This document shows, one piece after another, positions 1 through 14,743 of a DNA stretch of 64,000 nucleotides. This DNA is from Lingula anatina (Eukaryota > Animalia > Brachiopoda), in NCBI GenBank assembly GCA_051362555.1, contig CM120646.1, forward strand, positions 1,302,001 through 1,366,000, read 5' to 3'. The notes under the pieces are model-generated. The model saw nothing but the letters and a program-made list of their open reading frames with translations. It made no database searches and was not told the origin of the DNA. How positions within the stretch are numbered: position 1 is the first letter of the stretch; each line of letters starts with the position of its first letter. Made by a program: the position numbers and the translations under genes.

Positions 1-149
1 AAGTTAAATGTTTTTATAAGTACTGTTTATGTAGTTAGTATACATCGTTTTGTTAGAGATAATGTATGCAGGCATTAATTACCACCAGTTCTCTTTATAA
101 AGCTGTTTAAGATAACAATCGTCACCAGAATACATGTAGAACGTTTATA

Positions 150-2335
150 TAACTTCTAAGTACTAATTTAATCATGGTGATCTTGATGCCATTCAAAACG
201 TCCACTGGGATAAACTATACCACAGTGACTGTGTCCATCAGCAATGTGATATGTTTTATCAGACCCTGCATAACTTAATAGAAACCCACTTCCCCACCAA
301 GATTGTGACAAGGGGTACACATGACAAGCCTTGGGTGACAGATGAGTTTCGTGACCTAATCATCCAACGCCAGCGTGCCTTTCAACTGAAGGACCCTGAA
401 TTTAGAAAACTTAGAAAAAAAGTAAACCAAGAACGCAAACGGTTACAAACAGTCTACTACAGAACTCAAATTGAAGAGGCAAAATCGTCAGATCCAGGGA
501 AATGGTGGAAAGGTATCAATAACATCATGGGTAAATCTCAAAACAGTGCCTCTTTAACCACCGTGCCCAACCATCTCCATGAGGGGGCTATGGAAGCACT
601 TGCACAAAACATCAACAACTTCTTCCAGTCCATTACTTCTCACCTAGACCCCTTAGATGAGATGGACTTCCATGATGTTAACATTCCCTCACAGTACCAG
701 CTCACAGTAGAACAATTGGAAAGATTTCTCATTACTATTAACACAAACAAGGCATCCGGCCCTGATAATTTACCGAAATGGATTCTCAAAGACTTTGCTG
801 GAGTTCTCGGTGCACCAGTATGTGCAATCTGGAACAATACCATACGTCAAGGAAAGCTACCAACAATCTGAAAATGCGCCAATGTAGTGCCACTGCCTAA
901 AATTAAACCAGCACTGAGCGTGGAAAATGATTTAAGACCTGTTTCCCTAGCGCCTATCCTCAGCAAGTAATTAGAAGCACTCATTTTTACATAGCTGTGG
1001 GAGATAATAGGACCACATATTAAGAAATATCAGTTTGGCAATGTTAAAGGTTCCTCCACCACAATGTCCTTAATCGAGCTATTTGACACCTGGGCCAAGG
1101 CCAGTGACACTCATGGGGCACAGACTCGGGTTTTATTACTTGATTTTAGAAAAGCGTTTGGTTTAATAGACCACAATATATTGCTACAGGTAGGCAAGCT
1201 CTGCAGCTATGGAGTACCTCCAGTATTACTCAGATGGGCCCATGCCTTTTTACTTAATAGACAACAACGGATCAAGCGTGGATCAGCAATGTCACAATGC
1301 TGCCATATTCATGGGGGCATGCCCCAGGGTACAAAACTAGGACCTCTCCTTTTCATTACAATGATAAATAACATGGAATGTTTTTTACCAGCAGTAAAGT
1401 ATGTGGATGAAACTACAGTTTATGAGACAGTCCACCAACCATCTCCAAGGGAAATAGAACAAGGTGCCAAACCTACACAATCTAAACTTCCCATAGCAGC
1501 CTCAAACCTATATGAATGGACAAAACAAAATACCTTGCTAATTAATCCTTAAAAAAAACTGTTGAACTGTTTATCTGTTTCAGTAAAAACCCAACTGTAC
1601 CTGATAACCTATAAATTGGTGGTATAAAAATCGAACAAGTTTCACATGCCAAACTGCTGGGAGTTTATATCAGTTTTAATTTGAAGTGGGACTTACATAT
1701 AGAAAATATTCTCTCAAAAGCTGCATCCAGACTGTATTTCTTATGCATGGTCAAACACGCTGGGGTGCCGAGATATGACCTCTTACAAATTTATAAAAGC
1801 AATCTCAGACCAACACTTGAGTACGCTTGTCAGCTATGACATGCTGGAATTACCGCACAGCAATCTAAAGCCTTAGAGAACATCCCAAAAAAGAGCTCTT
1901 CATATTATATACCCTGAACTCACTTATAACGAAGCAATGGACATCACTGAATTACCTACCTTGAAATCTCGGCTTACTGACTTGCGCAAAAAATTATTTA
2001 ATGAGATAAAACTGTGTACCCATAGATTAAATCATCTTTCACCTCGTGTCATAGAAAATGACCTAATTAATATTTATAGATATGTTTTACCAAAATGTCG
2101 GACAAAAAGATATAGAAACACTTTTATCCCATACTGTTTATATACTTGTCAACGATCAAGGTCTATCCATGAACTTTAAGCTTTTAAAAAGAACAACGAA
2201 TCACCATTTTTAACCTCATTATTGTTTTTATAATTTAGAATTTATCTTAAAGCTCTATTTTAATACTACATCTTTATACTTTTATACATATACATTCAAT
2301 ATACGTCTTATATATTGCAAATAACACAATAAACC
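150..2335 (+). mobile_element. Degenerate non-LTR retrotransposon (CR1/L2/Rex1-group LINE) ORF2 remnant with reverse transcriptase
   Basis: Successive broken ORFs 251-871, 1064-1552 and 1937-2179 carry LINE RT motifs: KASGPDNLP, LLDFRKAFGLIDH, GMPQGTKLGPLLF, KYVDET (YxDD) and C-terminal RTKRYRNTFIPY. Stops and frameshifts are present. AATAAA lies near 2328. The 5' limit is approximate. Confidence 0.9.
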
Positions 2336-2339
2336 TTTA

Positions 2340-2961
2340 TTACCCCACACCATGATGGATATGCTGCTTTGGGTTCGAAAATTCAGTACATGTGGTCCAA
2401 ATGCTTTACCAGCATTTCGCCAGCATCGGACCTGTCTGTCATCAGAGGTCAGAGCAAAGCGACTCTCATCAGAAAAAAAAACATATATAGGACCGATTGT
2501 CATGGACTGTCCGGTTCCAGATCCTGTTGGCCTTAGTTCACTCTACGTTGCTTGTTTTGTAACGATATACGAGGTCTCAGTCTTGTTACCCTGCTGTACA
2601 CTTTCTGAGCATGTAACTGACGCCTAGCAGTTTTCAGAGACAGATTGTTATGTGTGAAATTGTTCCCCCGTGTTGTCAACTGACAAGCAATGTCGAACTT
2701 TGACAACCTGGACATCAAAATCAATCGTCGGTCTTCACGGCCAGTAGTTTTTCTTGGACGACCCATCATAGGCAGTTTGTCTCTTGGTCCAGTGTTTTTA
2801 TACCTAGTCCAGACCCTCTGCACGGTTCTGACTGAACAATTCAACTGTATCGATATTCTGACATTGCTTATATTCCGCCTCTTCAGGTTAATAACTGGAC
2901 GTCTATAATCGTTAGGTACCGTACTTGGATTAAGAATGTGTACATTTACCCCGTGGACCAT
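2340..2961 (-). mobile_element. Tc1/mariner transposase remnant, truncated where the LINE ends
   Basis: HTH region (ISIQLNCSVRTVQRVWTRY, GRPRKTTGREDRRLI) is followed by the Tc1 catalytic motifs FSDESRF and IMVWG in an adjacent frame. Confidence 0.85.
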
Positions 2962-5900
2962 TTGAAGGTTACACTGCGATTAATGCGGTGGAAAATACAA
3001 TAGAGAGAGTGTATAATGATAGGGTCGCTAAACGATTGTTGACGGCATATAGTAACTAGCCTAATCCCCTGGTCGCCTGGGTAGCCACGCCCCCTTAGAG
3101 TACTTATGTAAACAAACGGTCTCCCGTAGCGAACTATCCTTTTGTTCAACAGCTTCGCGCGTGCAGCTGATTATGTATGTAGTGACACTATAGCTAACTG
3201 CATATAAATTTGTGCTAGCTGTTATTTGATTCATTCTGCTGTGTCGGATGTTGTGGATCAGCCCACTGGTTCGTCGACTTATGTTTTTCTGAAGTTTGGT
3301 GGTGCAGATTTTGAGTGCTTAATTATTTACCCTCCTTCTAACAAGAGAAAGGGGAAGGGAGATAAAAAGAGCGAGTGTCAAATGAAACGGGTAATGAGTA
3401 ATACATTACATTAAATAAAGGGACTCGCGGTGGAAGAAACGATTGCATCAAGGTATGCCATTATAATCCGACATGGCCCATAACATGATCCATAACATGA
3501 CTCATTGTTGTATACCTTATATTTGTGCCGACTTATATTTTACTCTCGTTCATTTCGTGAAACTATTTCCTTGAATAAAGTTTTGCCTGTATAAATTAAC
3601 TTTGTGACATGAAGTAATTAATAAAACGCGCCTGTTGAAAAGGGGGCTTTTCGTAACTAATAAAGGTTCACTATTCAGAAAAATATCGTCGCCGTTCGTC
3701 GCCGCTACCTTCAGGAAAGCGTACCCTCCGCGTGGATCACCGGCATTTTTGATTATCTGACAAATTAGGCAATTTACGTTTTAGCTAATAATTCTGAATT
3801 TACTAATATTTTGGACTAAATTCGATGTCAGATTCATAGCAATGACGGAGAGCCGCCAGAGTAACTGTTTAATTTTCTAAACTAATCAAACTAGAACGCA
3901 TGGCGATAAAATGTGTCGCTAGATCTTGTAAACACTCAGTGAAATGCACCTAGTGACTATATTCAATGTGCCGTCACTTAATTGCTTTCTCGATTTCATT
4001 AATTGACAATAGTAATTGCAGATAACAAGGAAGAGGAAATGCTGAAGACAAAACAACGTCGGGTCTTTGTGTGACTTTCTCCCTAAACACTTTTTATGTT
4101 GCTGTCAAAGAAAAAGGAGTCTAGTTAGCGATTATTTAAACCACTGCTGCTGCTTTTGCAGGTAGACTTCCTCGTTTATCATTTAAATGCTCCCCTCCCC
4201 CAGCAGACCCAACTTGATGCATGTACGTCTTGGTAGCTATAGTACAGATCTTGGTTCAAGTAATGAAAGGTTTAAGCACAAAACGATAATTTGAGGCTAT
4301 TTTTTCATTCAAGACAAAATAAAGTATCTATGGTGTGTGACAATAGGGACTTTACAAAGCTTAATTTGTCCTTAAATATATATTCCAGTAGCATAGGCGA
4401 GCGATGTAATTGTAACCTCAACTTGAGGTATCCTTGATGAAAGCGGAGTACAAAAATTAACTTTTTTAAATATCGATTACAACATGCTGTACAATGATGT
4501 TGAGACTAAAGGGTTTAATGGACTTCTTTGCCTTAAAAGCAATTCATTTCAATATTAAAAGAAACAGTTTTTTCGGGGAGCGCGGGTAGACAGTTTACGT
4601 CAGGTGATTCGTTAAAGTCGAGGAGTGTTTCACTATCAAATGTGTAAATCATATATGTCATAAAACACTATAAGAAAGTTTTTTGTTACGATCTGCAACA
4701 TTTGTTCATTTATATAGCAGGGCGAAGTTAAAGCCAGAGGTAAATAGAACCTAATACCTTAATCCTTCTCGTCCATTTATTTAAATCGTATCAAAACGTT
4801 TGATACACAATGTTCATTAAATTCATAATTTTGGCGATTTATTAAAACCATATTGGTACATAAAAGTTTAAGATTAGCATAAGTTAAGCAACAACCAGTA
4901 TGAAGAACAACACCCTTTTTAAATGAGGCAAGACACCCTCTTCACACTGATTATAACCTTGAGAAAGACATTATGCAACTTAAGGCAAAGGAGTTATGCA
5001 AAGTTCTTTCAACTCGTGTGTGAATACAACACTTTCTTTGTCACTTTTACAAGACAATGGAGGCGAGCAAGTAGAGTAATTACAATATTCAATAAAAAGG
5101 ACATTAGTATAGAAAGCTAACTTCGGGTCAGCCCTTTGCTTGTTCGAATGAAAGAGATAGATATCGCGCCGCGACTCCCTTTATTAAACCTTCGTGTGAT
5201 TGTGTAAAAGTGTGAAAGACAGACAACGGTCTTTAGTCGCTGTTGATATTGTTCGCGATTAATATTGAAGTATAACTCCTTCGCCTGCATGTAAACGTGT
5301 TACTTTTCCTCATGTTCACTATATTTCTTTTAGGTGGTTAAGACAATGGGATGAGATCGATAAAAGTAAAGGTTAATCTAAACAATATTAGATGCGATTT
5401 TTGTGAAATGACTTATTAAGTGATGTGCATGTACCAAGCATGTTTAAATTCTTGAATTTCTAATTTGTTAAATCTTTCATACACGGCCTCATATATGTAT
5501 TACTCTCAGGCCTTCGATATTATTGTTACACGGGACTCCTGGAAACCTGAAGCACAGGTCTACGGAGTCTTGTTATCCTTCATGCAGTTTTATGGCTGGG
5601 ATGAACACTGCGAAGTAGAAACAGGCTTTACTTAGCTTTACTTGATGCACGACAGTTTAAACAAAACCAGTCTGCAAGGCTTGCTTTGATTTGGCGTTAA
5701 CCTTACACTGGGTTTAAAAGAACAAATATAAATATGTTCGATGGATTAAATGCCGGCTTCGTTATATTTTAACTAAATGCGTTCATTTGCACAGTTACAC
5801 AGATAATATTTTTAAGTTGTTTGTCGTTCAGCACGCATTATAGGCGAGTAGCTAAATAGTGACGGTGATCTATCCAAGCTCAATCTTGGCAAGTATCGTT

Positions 5901-8723
5901 TACAAAATAGATCATGTTGAATAAACTTAATTACGCTTTAATAAATAATCAACACACGGTTCGGTTATTGTCACTTGAAAGCTTTTGATCAAAGACGTTC
6001 AATGAAATCACAAATTATTTGACGATTAAAAAATGGACATGTTCAAGGGGCAGTTTTTGTTTCAGCTAAAGGGACTTCAGGTACAGGTAGAGGGTTCAGT
6101 TACGTGTTTCATCGGATGATAGCATCACGCCCTAGGTCTAAGCGAGTTGAATAGAAGCTTTTTATCCAAACATCCTATTCCTAACTACTGAGTTAGGACA
6201 AAGGTCTAGTAACATGCACTGTGCAATTACTATTAAAGGATCAGATGCATACTTGATTGTTTTTCCTCTGGTGTCGCACGTATGCATCCTTTCTTGAGTG
6301 ATCTAAAACAAGTCGCTAGTGTACCATGTTTCTCACTGTAGCAAAATATGTTCAACATAGTGTTTCTGAACGGCAGCCGAGACACAGTAATTGTATAGGC
6401 ATGCTTTAAGCTTGTTCGAGAGATAATAACAGTCGGGTTTAACAATAGATAGCGAGCTATAGTAAGACCCCCTCCTCTTTAACTGATGATTTACACTTTT
6501 AATTGACCGTACTTTCGTATATTGTATGATCATACAGCCAGACTTCCCCCTGTTGCACGTTGTAGTTGGATTGTCATTGCGCCTATGTCAATGCACCTCA
6601 TTTAATTTCAATATTATAATATAAGCATAATATAAGTAATATGTTATTTCCTTATTCCTCTTTCATTATCATTCATGTTTTATAAATACTTGAATGCAGA
6701 TATTTCAAATTAAAACGTAAGTACATAAATGAATTATACATTTATAAATTAATGCAATAGGAATTTTTTGAGACAGATTGATGCTGACGCTCATGCATTT
6801 CAACCAAACAAACAATAATTAGTTCAATATTTGACTGCGGAAATTTCATATAGGATGAAATAACTGATAACAAATTTAACTAGCAGTTTGTTAGCAACAC
6901 TAAAAACCAGCTGCGCGTGCCAAACTAGTGAACAAAAGGACAGTTCGCTTCGCGTGGCACGCCTTAGCATGGGTTTAGCCTCTTCAAGCTATAATCCTAT
7001 CGCCGCAACAAACAATAGGCACCTTCTGGCTGATGTATCCTGCTGTTGATTACACCTAGTTACAGCGGATTGTCACGCTCGCGCTGGGCCACATAAACCG
7101 GCGTCATGGGGTTCACTCGTATTAAGTATTGTGTTATTCCACCTAAGCTATTGTGTTTGTGCGTTCGAATTTTGAAGGGATTTATACGGCCCTCCATTGT
7201 TTGTCCGCCCCCTTCTATTCACAAGATAGGGATTAAAACATTTCGAACGATGTTACACCGGTGTACAACGGAAACAAAATTATTCCGACCACTGTAATTG
7301 CCTGTATTGTTCTATTGTCCAGTGTGTATACATAATTATCCAAGCATATGATTTCCATGTTTTGACTACCACAGCGCACCACGTGGGGTGTCTGATTTAC
7401 ATTCAATATGCAGACATTACACATGAAAAGATCACCTATCTACAAGAGAATCGCTAAAAGTAATGGCTACAGAAACTGTCTTCTATCAGAGTGATGTAAG
7501 GTAGTGGAGTTGATGTGGCTGTGGTAGAATCAAGGTTCAGGTAAAGGTTATTTTTATGAGTAACACGCTGTGGGCCTCACACACATGTCCTCGTTGTTGC
7601 GCTATAGAACACGCTCTAGCATAATCTGGTTGAAAAGGTAACGTTATCAGACCCCAAAACTTCCTCCACCCTCCACAAATACAAACTGCATGTCTGTAAC
7701 CAAAAAGGAATGCCACTGTGGATGAGGCCCCAATGACAGTGTGTGGGTGATGACACAAGGGTTTTATTTAGGGAAGTTAATACAAAAATACAAATCCGTT
7801 ATTGTTAAACGTTTACAGGTTTGATGAATAAAAACGTGAATTATGTTTAGTTTTTGGACTTACCACCGGATAAGCGCGTGATGGGATTTCACATAATTAA
7901 CAAATGCATACTTTTGTATATCCTGGTACCCTCGTAGAAGAGTAATGTGCACTGATTTTGATAACACACACTTAACAACACACGTATTTGACAGCGCAGC
8001 AAATTAAAAATGATTAATCAGTGAATAAACTGATGTAATTGTATGGGGGTAGTCCCACAGAAATTTTATGACCGAAATAAGTAAGAGGTAGGATATAACA
8101 ATCAGAATGTAAGCGGAAAATTCACATAGCCTGATAAGTTGAAACCTTTATAACAATTTACACTAGTCCCATAATTTCTACGTTATGCTTTTCTAAACTT
8201 TTTTATACTTTTGTGTTCGTTAACCTCTCATGCGTGCATATGCGAAGGAATTTAGAGAGCGAACACGTAAGATTTATACATTATCTATAACATGTAAGGC
8301 AGTTAACATAAGGGCTTTTTGACTAACTCTAGCAGTACATTTTAAGGCTAGTTTAAATACTGACTTGCGTGGCTGTTATTTGTTTCAAATTGGGATAAAA
8401 CATAATGTATAAAAGTTTTGTCAAATATATCATTTATAACTTTGCTCTATTTATACAGTGAGTAAGCAAATATAGGTGTTCCATATTGTGGCCACCACCA
8501 CACACCGCACCTGACTTGTTAGCAACTTTCAACAAGGAACTTGTAATCATGCTTTACACGTTAATACTTACTAATATATCTTACTTTTATTAAATAGACA
8601 GACATTACGCATCTAAAAAATTACCTGAAATGCAGGAAAATTGGCAAAAGGAATGATTACAAAATGTGTCTACGATCATGGTGATGCAAGGTAGGCCTAT
8701 ATAACTTGATAGGCACGTGAATT

Positions 8724-8733
8724 GGAGAATCCC
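8724..8733 (-). promoter_or_regulatory. NF-kB-like site GGGATTCTCC next to an E-box and a TATA-like element
   Basis: Plus-strand GGAGAATCCC matches GGGRNYYYCC on the minus strand. CACGTG is at about 8714, TATATA at about 8698-8703, and a minus-strand donor (CAG|GTAAT) at 8623-8624. Confidence 0.35.
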
Positions 8734-11700
8734 AAGGTCTTATCATTGATACATACATGTAGACTGGGACATTTTCCAATCCATGTGCCTTATTCGGTCG
8801 TGTGTATTTTGGACTCACCACCTGACAAACACATGATGTGGTCATAAACAATGAACGGGTTTTATCATCAAGTGATTATGGAGCACGTGGCTTTAAATGT
8901 GCCGACATATTAGTTATTAGCATAAATGTAGAGATCTACGTCTATGTTATCAGCTAGTTTCAGCTGAAGACTAACATAAACTTGATCCTCAGTAAGCTCT
9001 ACAAAACTGGCAGAATGGCAGAACTGGCAGAATTGAATGTTCTTTGTTTCATCACATATTGCAATTACAGTTGTATCTTGATCAGTGAATGGGGAGAGGG
9101 GTATTTCAAACACCAAGTATGCCGAACTATTGGAACACCCCAAATATGTCTCATGTACAAACAAAAGACAAAAATATTAAGATATAGCATCAACGATATC
9201 TGGACAAAATAGACGACAAGACAGTTTCAAAAATAACCCAAAAGTCAATAGTGATGTATCATGGGTATAATGGCGAGTCATCTGTAATAGTTCATTGAAT
9301 AAGACCATTAGTAGACTAACATAATTCCTGGCCTTTTGTTTCAGCGCTTAGGCAATTGTGTCCCTATTTGAATGTCAGGTAGATCGACCCCCCCCCCAAC
9401 CACCACCACCGTCCATATCCATCGGTGCCTGGTGATGTTGCTAAACTCTCGGATCTTACTTGGAATGTCGCTTACTTGCTTTTTATTGTAGAGTATTGAA
9501 TCCAAATGCAGGGGTGGGTGGATTTTTATTTTCGCAAGGGAAATTTTTGTCATGACGGAAGTTCTATTTGGAGCGCAAATCCCATATAGAATGCCTTTAG
9601 TTAGCCATGAGATTTGAGGATGCTTCGAGCACTAAAACTGGTCTGTCTATCATTAAATTCCAAATAGACATACAAGAAAAATAAAATAAAAAAATGTCGT
9701 TTAACTGATCATCTATATATTGTTTTTGAATATATTTTTTACAGTAATAGATGTTCCATGTTATAACAACTACAAAACACTACAAGGGATGTCTGATTCG
9801 CATTTAATAGACATACACTGCTCATTTAAAAACCTTACCTTATATCTAAGAGTTCGTCAAAAGGAATGAGTGTGGAGACTGTCACAATCGGGAAGATACC
9901 GGTACAAATACATTGATAGGCTGGTGAAATCGGAGTTTAAGCTTTTATCTGGAAACAGAATGCACTACAGTTAAAAATACGTTAGGAACCGTATCCTACG
10001 GGTCTCATACTTCCCTGGTTATCGTGCTACATAACACATTCTAGCTTCTCCGGTCAAACAAAGTTCTCAAAGGCCTATATGGATTGTTTCACCGGCCTCT
10101 ACACAAGCAAATTGCATAAGTGAACCCCGAAAGTAGTTAAATTGAGAAGTTGAGGTAAAAAAACAAAACAAATCCATTATTGATATACCTTTACGGATTC
10201 TGTGATATACCTTTACGGATTCTGTGAATAAAAACGAGAGCTATGTTAAGTAAAGTGTGTATATTATTTTTTTTTTGTGAATTTCACCTTTTGATTCTTC
10301 TCTTCACAGAAATAATTTTTGAACTCGTCACCAACACATGGTGGAACCTAACAAAACAAACAGTTTTTATCATTACGTTGTCAAGGAGGGGCGCGTTGTT
10401 AAGCAGACAAATTAAATATCATGAGTGTAGCTAGTATCAGCAAAGAAGACTAATGTGACATTGGACGATATTCAGTAAGATTCGACAAAGGTGGAATAGT
10501 ACCAGAGCATGGGGGCGAGGGTTAGTTAAAAAGTTAATGTATACCCATATCTTCCAACTGCTATTAGACATCAAAGATGACACATTCAGAAATCAGTGAA
10601 TAAAGTGATGTTTATTTTTCGGTCAGTTACCACAGTGCTTTACGGCCGAGATTATATCTATATAGGTAGAGAATCTATCACATGACAATGAAATGCTATA
10701 CTTTATACCCCCGTAGCCTTACTACTTATAGTTATGATTTTCCTTACCCCTCTGCAATGAATAGCAGTGGCCTTCAAACTGTTTTTTTAGGCACGAAGTT
10801 CGTGCTGCCCGTCGGGCACACCCTTGTTTTTAAATAGTATGTACAGTAAAAGGCGTTTGAACCCTACGCTGTAAAAAAACAGTGTTTAGCATTTAAATAC
10901 ATACAACATACGTCTTAAGCATCTATACACATTTAGAAATATATGTAAAAGCTAAACACGTATAGCTTTTCAAGCGTTTCACAGAAGAAAATGCTAGACA
11001 CGTTGGCAGTGTTACTGTGTGCTTAGCTTCACCGGTATATGAATCTATAATAAGTCGATCACAAGCTAAGCACATTGGCTTAGCACTTCCCCTGCTAAGC
11101 GCGTGAGGCTGCTAAACATATGGAGCTGCTATAGGTGTGGAATTCCTAAACGCGTGGAGCTGCTAAACAATACCCTCTTCCGGGGCTATAGTAATTGCGG
11201 ACATTTTTGCTGAGGCGACATCAGACCAATATGTCAGACCAAAATGACTGTCTATTTATCTAGAGATATATCTGTGAATATCTGTGAAAAATCAATCTGT
11301 CGCCCTGGTAGAGGGTAGCTGAACATCACGTTAGCTTCTCTAGCTTCTTTCAGAGGAAATAAAAACATGCTTAGAAGTGTCGCACTTCTAGCTACGTGAT
11401 TATTTTCACCGGTCCCATAAGTTTATTACAAGGCTCAACAATTTGGCTTAACACTTCCCCTTGTAAACGTGTGGAGCTGTTGAAGGCGTGGAGCAGCCTG
11501 CTCGAACGCTTGGTGTCCTTTCTTCCAGTAACGTGTGCTTATTAAAAAATTTATAATGTTTTGAAAACCTTTTTTTATAAATAACCAAAACACGTCTTAT
11601 GCTGTTTGAATTACAGTTAGCGGTTAATTCCAAAATGGACTTGGGGTTGGTCGGCGACTAGAGCGGTGCAAATATTCGGACTATCGGTACCGATATAACC

Positions 11701-11910
11701 AGCATGTGATGAAAGCTAAAATAAAGTATTATAATGTATACCCCACCATTATCCTGATGTTCTATTGTTCATTACTTCCGGAAAAATAAATAGACATCAA
11801 TACCGTAACGCATTTTATCAAAATATGAAAAAAGGTGTTTTAACAAAAAAGTGATTGTTGTTTCGTGTCTTTAGTGAAGTAGTTAATTTTCGTACTTTGT
11901 TTTTCAGAAA

Positions 11911-13290
11911 TAGGGGAGAGCGGGGTGGGTTGGAACGCGGGTAAGTTGGAACATTGGCTTTATTTCTTAAACCACAAGACCGATCATGTGCTCCTTCAGC
12001 ATAAAAATGTCACGTGGCATGGTCATTCATCCGGTAAACTTGTGGAAGTTTCGAAAATGCAGTAAAAGTTTTATGCGAAAAAAACTTATTTTTGCTACTC
12101 GAAGTAAGTTTTCATATTTTTGACATTCATCGTGCTGTAAACTAAAGTACAAGGATTAAATCACTGAAATTGTGCATAGCGTTTAGGACCACCTTGATGT
12201 TCAAAAATCTGTCGTTTTTTTTAAACACTTCCCACGTGTTAAAGAAATACAGTGTCATAAGTAGGCCATGACGTCATGGGGGCTGGTCGGAACATTTGAC
12301 ATGGGGCCAGTTGGAACACTGTCAGGGGTGTTCCAACCCAATCCGCACGGTGTTTTTCATTTTTTAAAACCTATCTAAATATTTTAATTTCAACTTTGAA
12401 GAGAGTAGTAACGTAGTAACCCAGTACAACTCCAACTGGCGACGGAATCTAGCTGATAGAACATCTCCATGATGCCGGAATGTACATGCGTTTAGAAGAT
12501 ACAAGGGGGGATGGTCACTGCTTGTTAAATGCAGTTGCTGTTTGGTCGAATAGGGGTCTGCATGCCCACTGTTGATTTTTGCGATAAATTGCTTTTAAAT
12601 GTGGAAGGAAATGTCGATTATTACTCTGCTTTTCACGGCAAAATGAAAATATTCTAGCTGAGAGCCTATGTTATGGATAAACTATACAACACCAATTCTG
12701 CCGATATTGTTTTAAATGCTTTGTGTAATGGATTGGGGGTTGCTGTCAATGTTTAGTGAACGAGGGTACAAAATCCGCCAGAAAAGACAAACATTCACCT
12801 CGTAACTTAGGCAAAGATTCAGTTGAAATCTCAGTTGCCCTCACCGGAAGAGGTGCTACAACACACTAAAGCGCACTTAAGAAAACCCCAAAACAGCTCA
12901 AGTCCAGAGGCTCACCGTCGCAGTCCAAAGATTAAAAGAAGAAAACGATGCAGTGCAGTACTAACTGACACACCTGAAAATGAGCTACTCGAAAAAGAAA
13001 AGGCCAAGCCCAACAAAATTAAAAAGGACAAGCGCAACAAAAATAAAAAACAGTTAAAGATTTCTAGTCGATAGAGAAAATCAAGAAAAAGGAAATTAAA
13101 GATGACCAGCGATTCTGTGTCAGAAGAAGAGTGGCCATGTCTGGTTTGTGGGGAGCCGTTCATTAACAGCCGACCAAAAGAGAAATGGGTTAAATGCATT
13201 GTTTGTCTAAAGTGGTCACATGAAGACTGTAAGGGTGACCGAGTGTACATATGTCAGAACTGCGATTTTGATTCTGAGTTGTTGAGTTGA
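11911..13290 (+). mobile_element. Internally deleted pogo/DDE_1-type DNA transposon relic with C-terminal PHD finger
   Basis: The terminus TAGGGGAGAGCGGGG is followed by repeated GTTGGAACA subterminal motifs. A basic segment (KRRKRCSAVLTDTPE) precedes a PHD finger CLVC...WVKCIVCLKWSHEDC...ICQNC (13102-13290). Confidence 0.7.
12480..12756 (+). pseudogene. Decayed OTU-like cysteine protease domain inside the DNA transposon relic
   Basis: Manual translation gives DTRGDGHCLLNAV (OTU catalytic-Cys motif, GDGNC-like). After a frameshift it reads NVDYYSAF...*LRAYVMDKLYNTNSADIVLNALCNGLGVAVNV. Confidence 0.6.
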
Positions 13291-13400
13291 AAGAGATACA
13301 GTTTTCATTTGTAGGTCTAACATACTGTTGTTAATACGTTGAGATATATGAGTTCAATTTCTTTTCTCTTAAACTACACCACTTTTGTTATCATTATGAA

Positions 13401-14530
13401 ATGAAGTGTAACTGGATATGGCAAGAAATTTCATCACCCATACTTATCATGAACCTTTTCGACAAGATGATTAAACCCATTCTCTTATATGGATGTGAAA
13501 TCTGGGCCCAAGAAATCTTCACAGAGAAAAAAATATCATTAAATAAAATAAACAAAATGCCCTTTGAACAAATACATTTAAAGATGTGTAAATGGGCACT
13601 TGGTGTGAGAAGGTCAGCTAGCAATAATGCCTGCCGTGCAGAACTTGGGCGCCTCCCATTATACTTGGACATTGTTAAATTAGTATTAAGATACAGTGAA
13701 AGGCTGAATAACCTTCCAGAGCAAAGAATTGTTAAGCAAGCATACAATAGAGAACAAGCAAAAAGGGAAAAAAACTGGTTTTGGGCAATGTCAAACTTGG
13801 CTACATGTTGGGGATTAAATCACTCAAATTCAACACTAACTGTCAATAAAATTCACAATAACCAAAATCTAGAAAGTGACATAACCATCAAAATAAAATC
13901 AGATTTTTGGGAAGAGTTACACAGAGAGGAAAATAATAAGCTGAGGACATACAGGAAAATTAAACATCAATATGAACCCGAACCATACTTGAAAATGAAT
14001 ATTTCACGCACCCACAAAATACTTTTGGCAAAAATGAGAATTAGTGACCATGACCTAGAAATTGAAAAAGGGCGGCATACAATCCCAAAAACACAACTTT
14101 CAGAACGAAAATGCCCTCATTGTAATGAGGTAGAAGATGAAATACATTTTTTCCTAAAATGCGCCCATCACAAAATTGAAAGGAAATTGCTGTTTGAATG
14201 CATACCAGAGGTAAACTTGCAAGGTCTAACAGACGAGGTCAAACAGCTTGACATCATTCTAAACCCACCCACTGAGCAGAGTGCGATTGCAGTAGGGAAT
14301 TTTGTAAGTAAAATTATGAAAAAACGTAATTAACTGGAAGTGCACAAATGATTTCATGCATCGCACCTGCATATTAAGAGAATGTATATTGTGTAACATT
14401 ATATAAGTATAATTTTTTTTCTCTCTTTCATTTACTTACTATCATTACTATCTTTTCGTATGTATAATGTATAGTAGTTAGAGAGCCTCTAAATGTAAAA
14501 ACATTTCAGTGCTCAATAAATTATTAATTA
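13401..14530 (+). mobile_element. 5'-truncated RTE-X-like LINE (3' end of ORF2 with Cys/His knuckle)
   Basis: The 310-aa ORF 13401-14333 has LFDKMIKPILLYGCEIW, ELGRLPL, KLRTYRKIK, RISDHDLEIEKGR and CPHC..VEDEIHFFLKC. AATAAA at about 14515 is followed by an AT-rich tail. Confidence 0.88.
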
Positions 14531-14743
14531 ACACATCCTCACGCCATGTGTAATTTACAGTAATTGAATCACTACAGACAAAATAAATCAGAATGCTATA
14601 TAAAAATTAAATTAAATGACCCGGAACATGTGGTACCGGAACAATTAAAAGTTTCCATTTAGGCTTCTTTACATTATGTAAAACATAGTAAAAAACGAGA
14701 CAGTAGTGGATTTTTGTTTTATTCACATATATATTTTAAGTAA

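Noticed and set aside
4923-5120. 65-aa ORF in the 3-7 kb region
   Set aside because: No recognisable motif, splice support or paralog in the window.
10860-11520. Short dispersed repeats (GCTAAACAC / GGAGCTGCT) superficially like a CRISPR array
   Set aside because: Spacing is irregular, units are degenerate, the context is eukaryotic and there are no cas genes. More likely internal repeats of a non-autonomous transposon.
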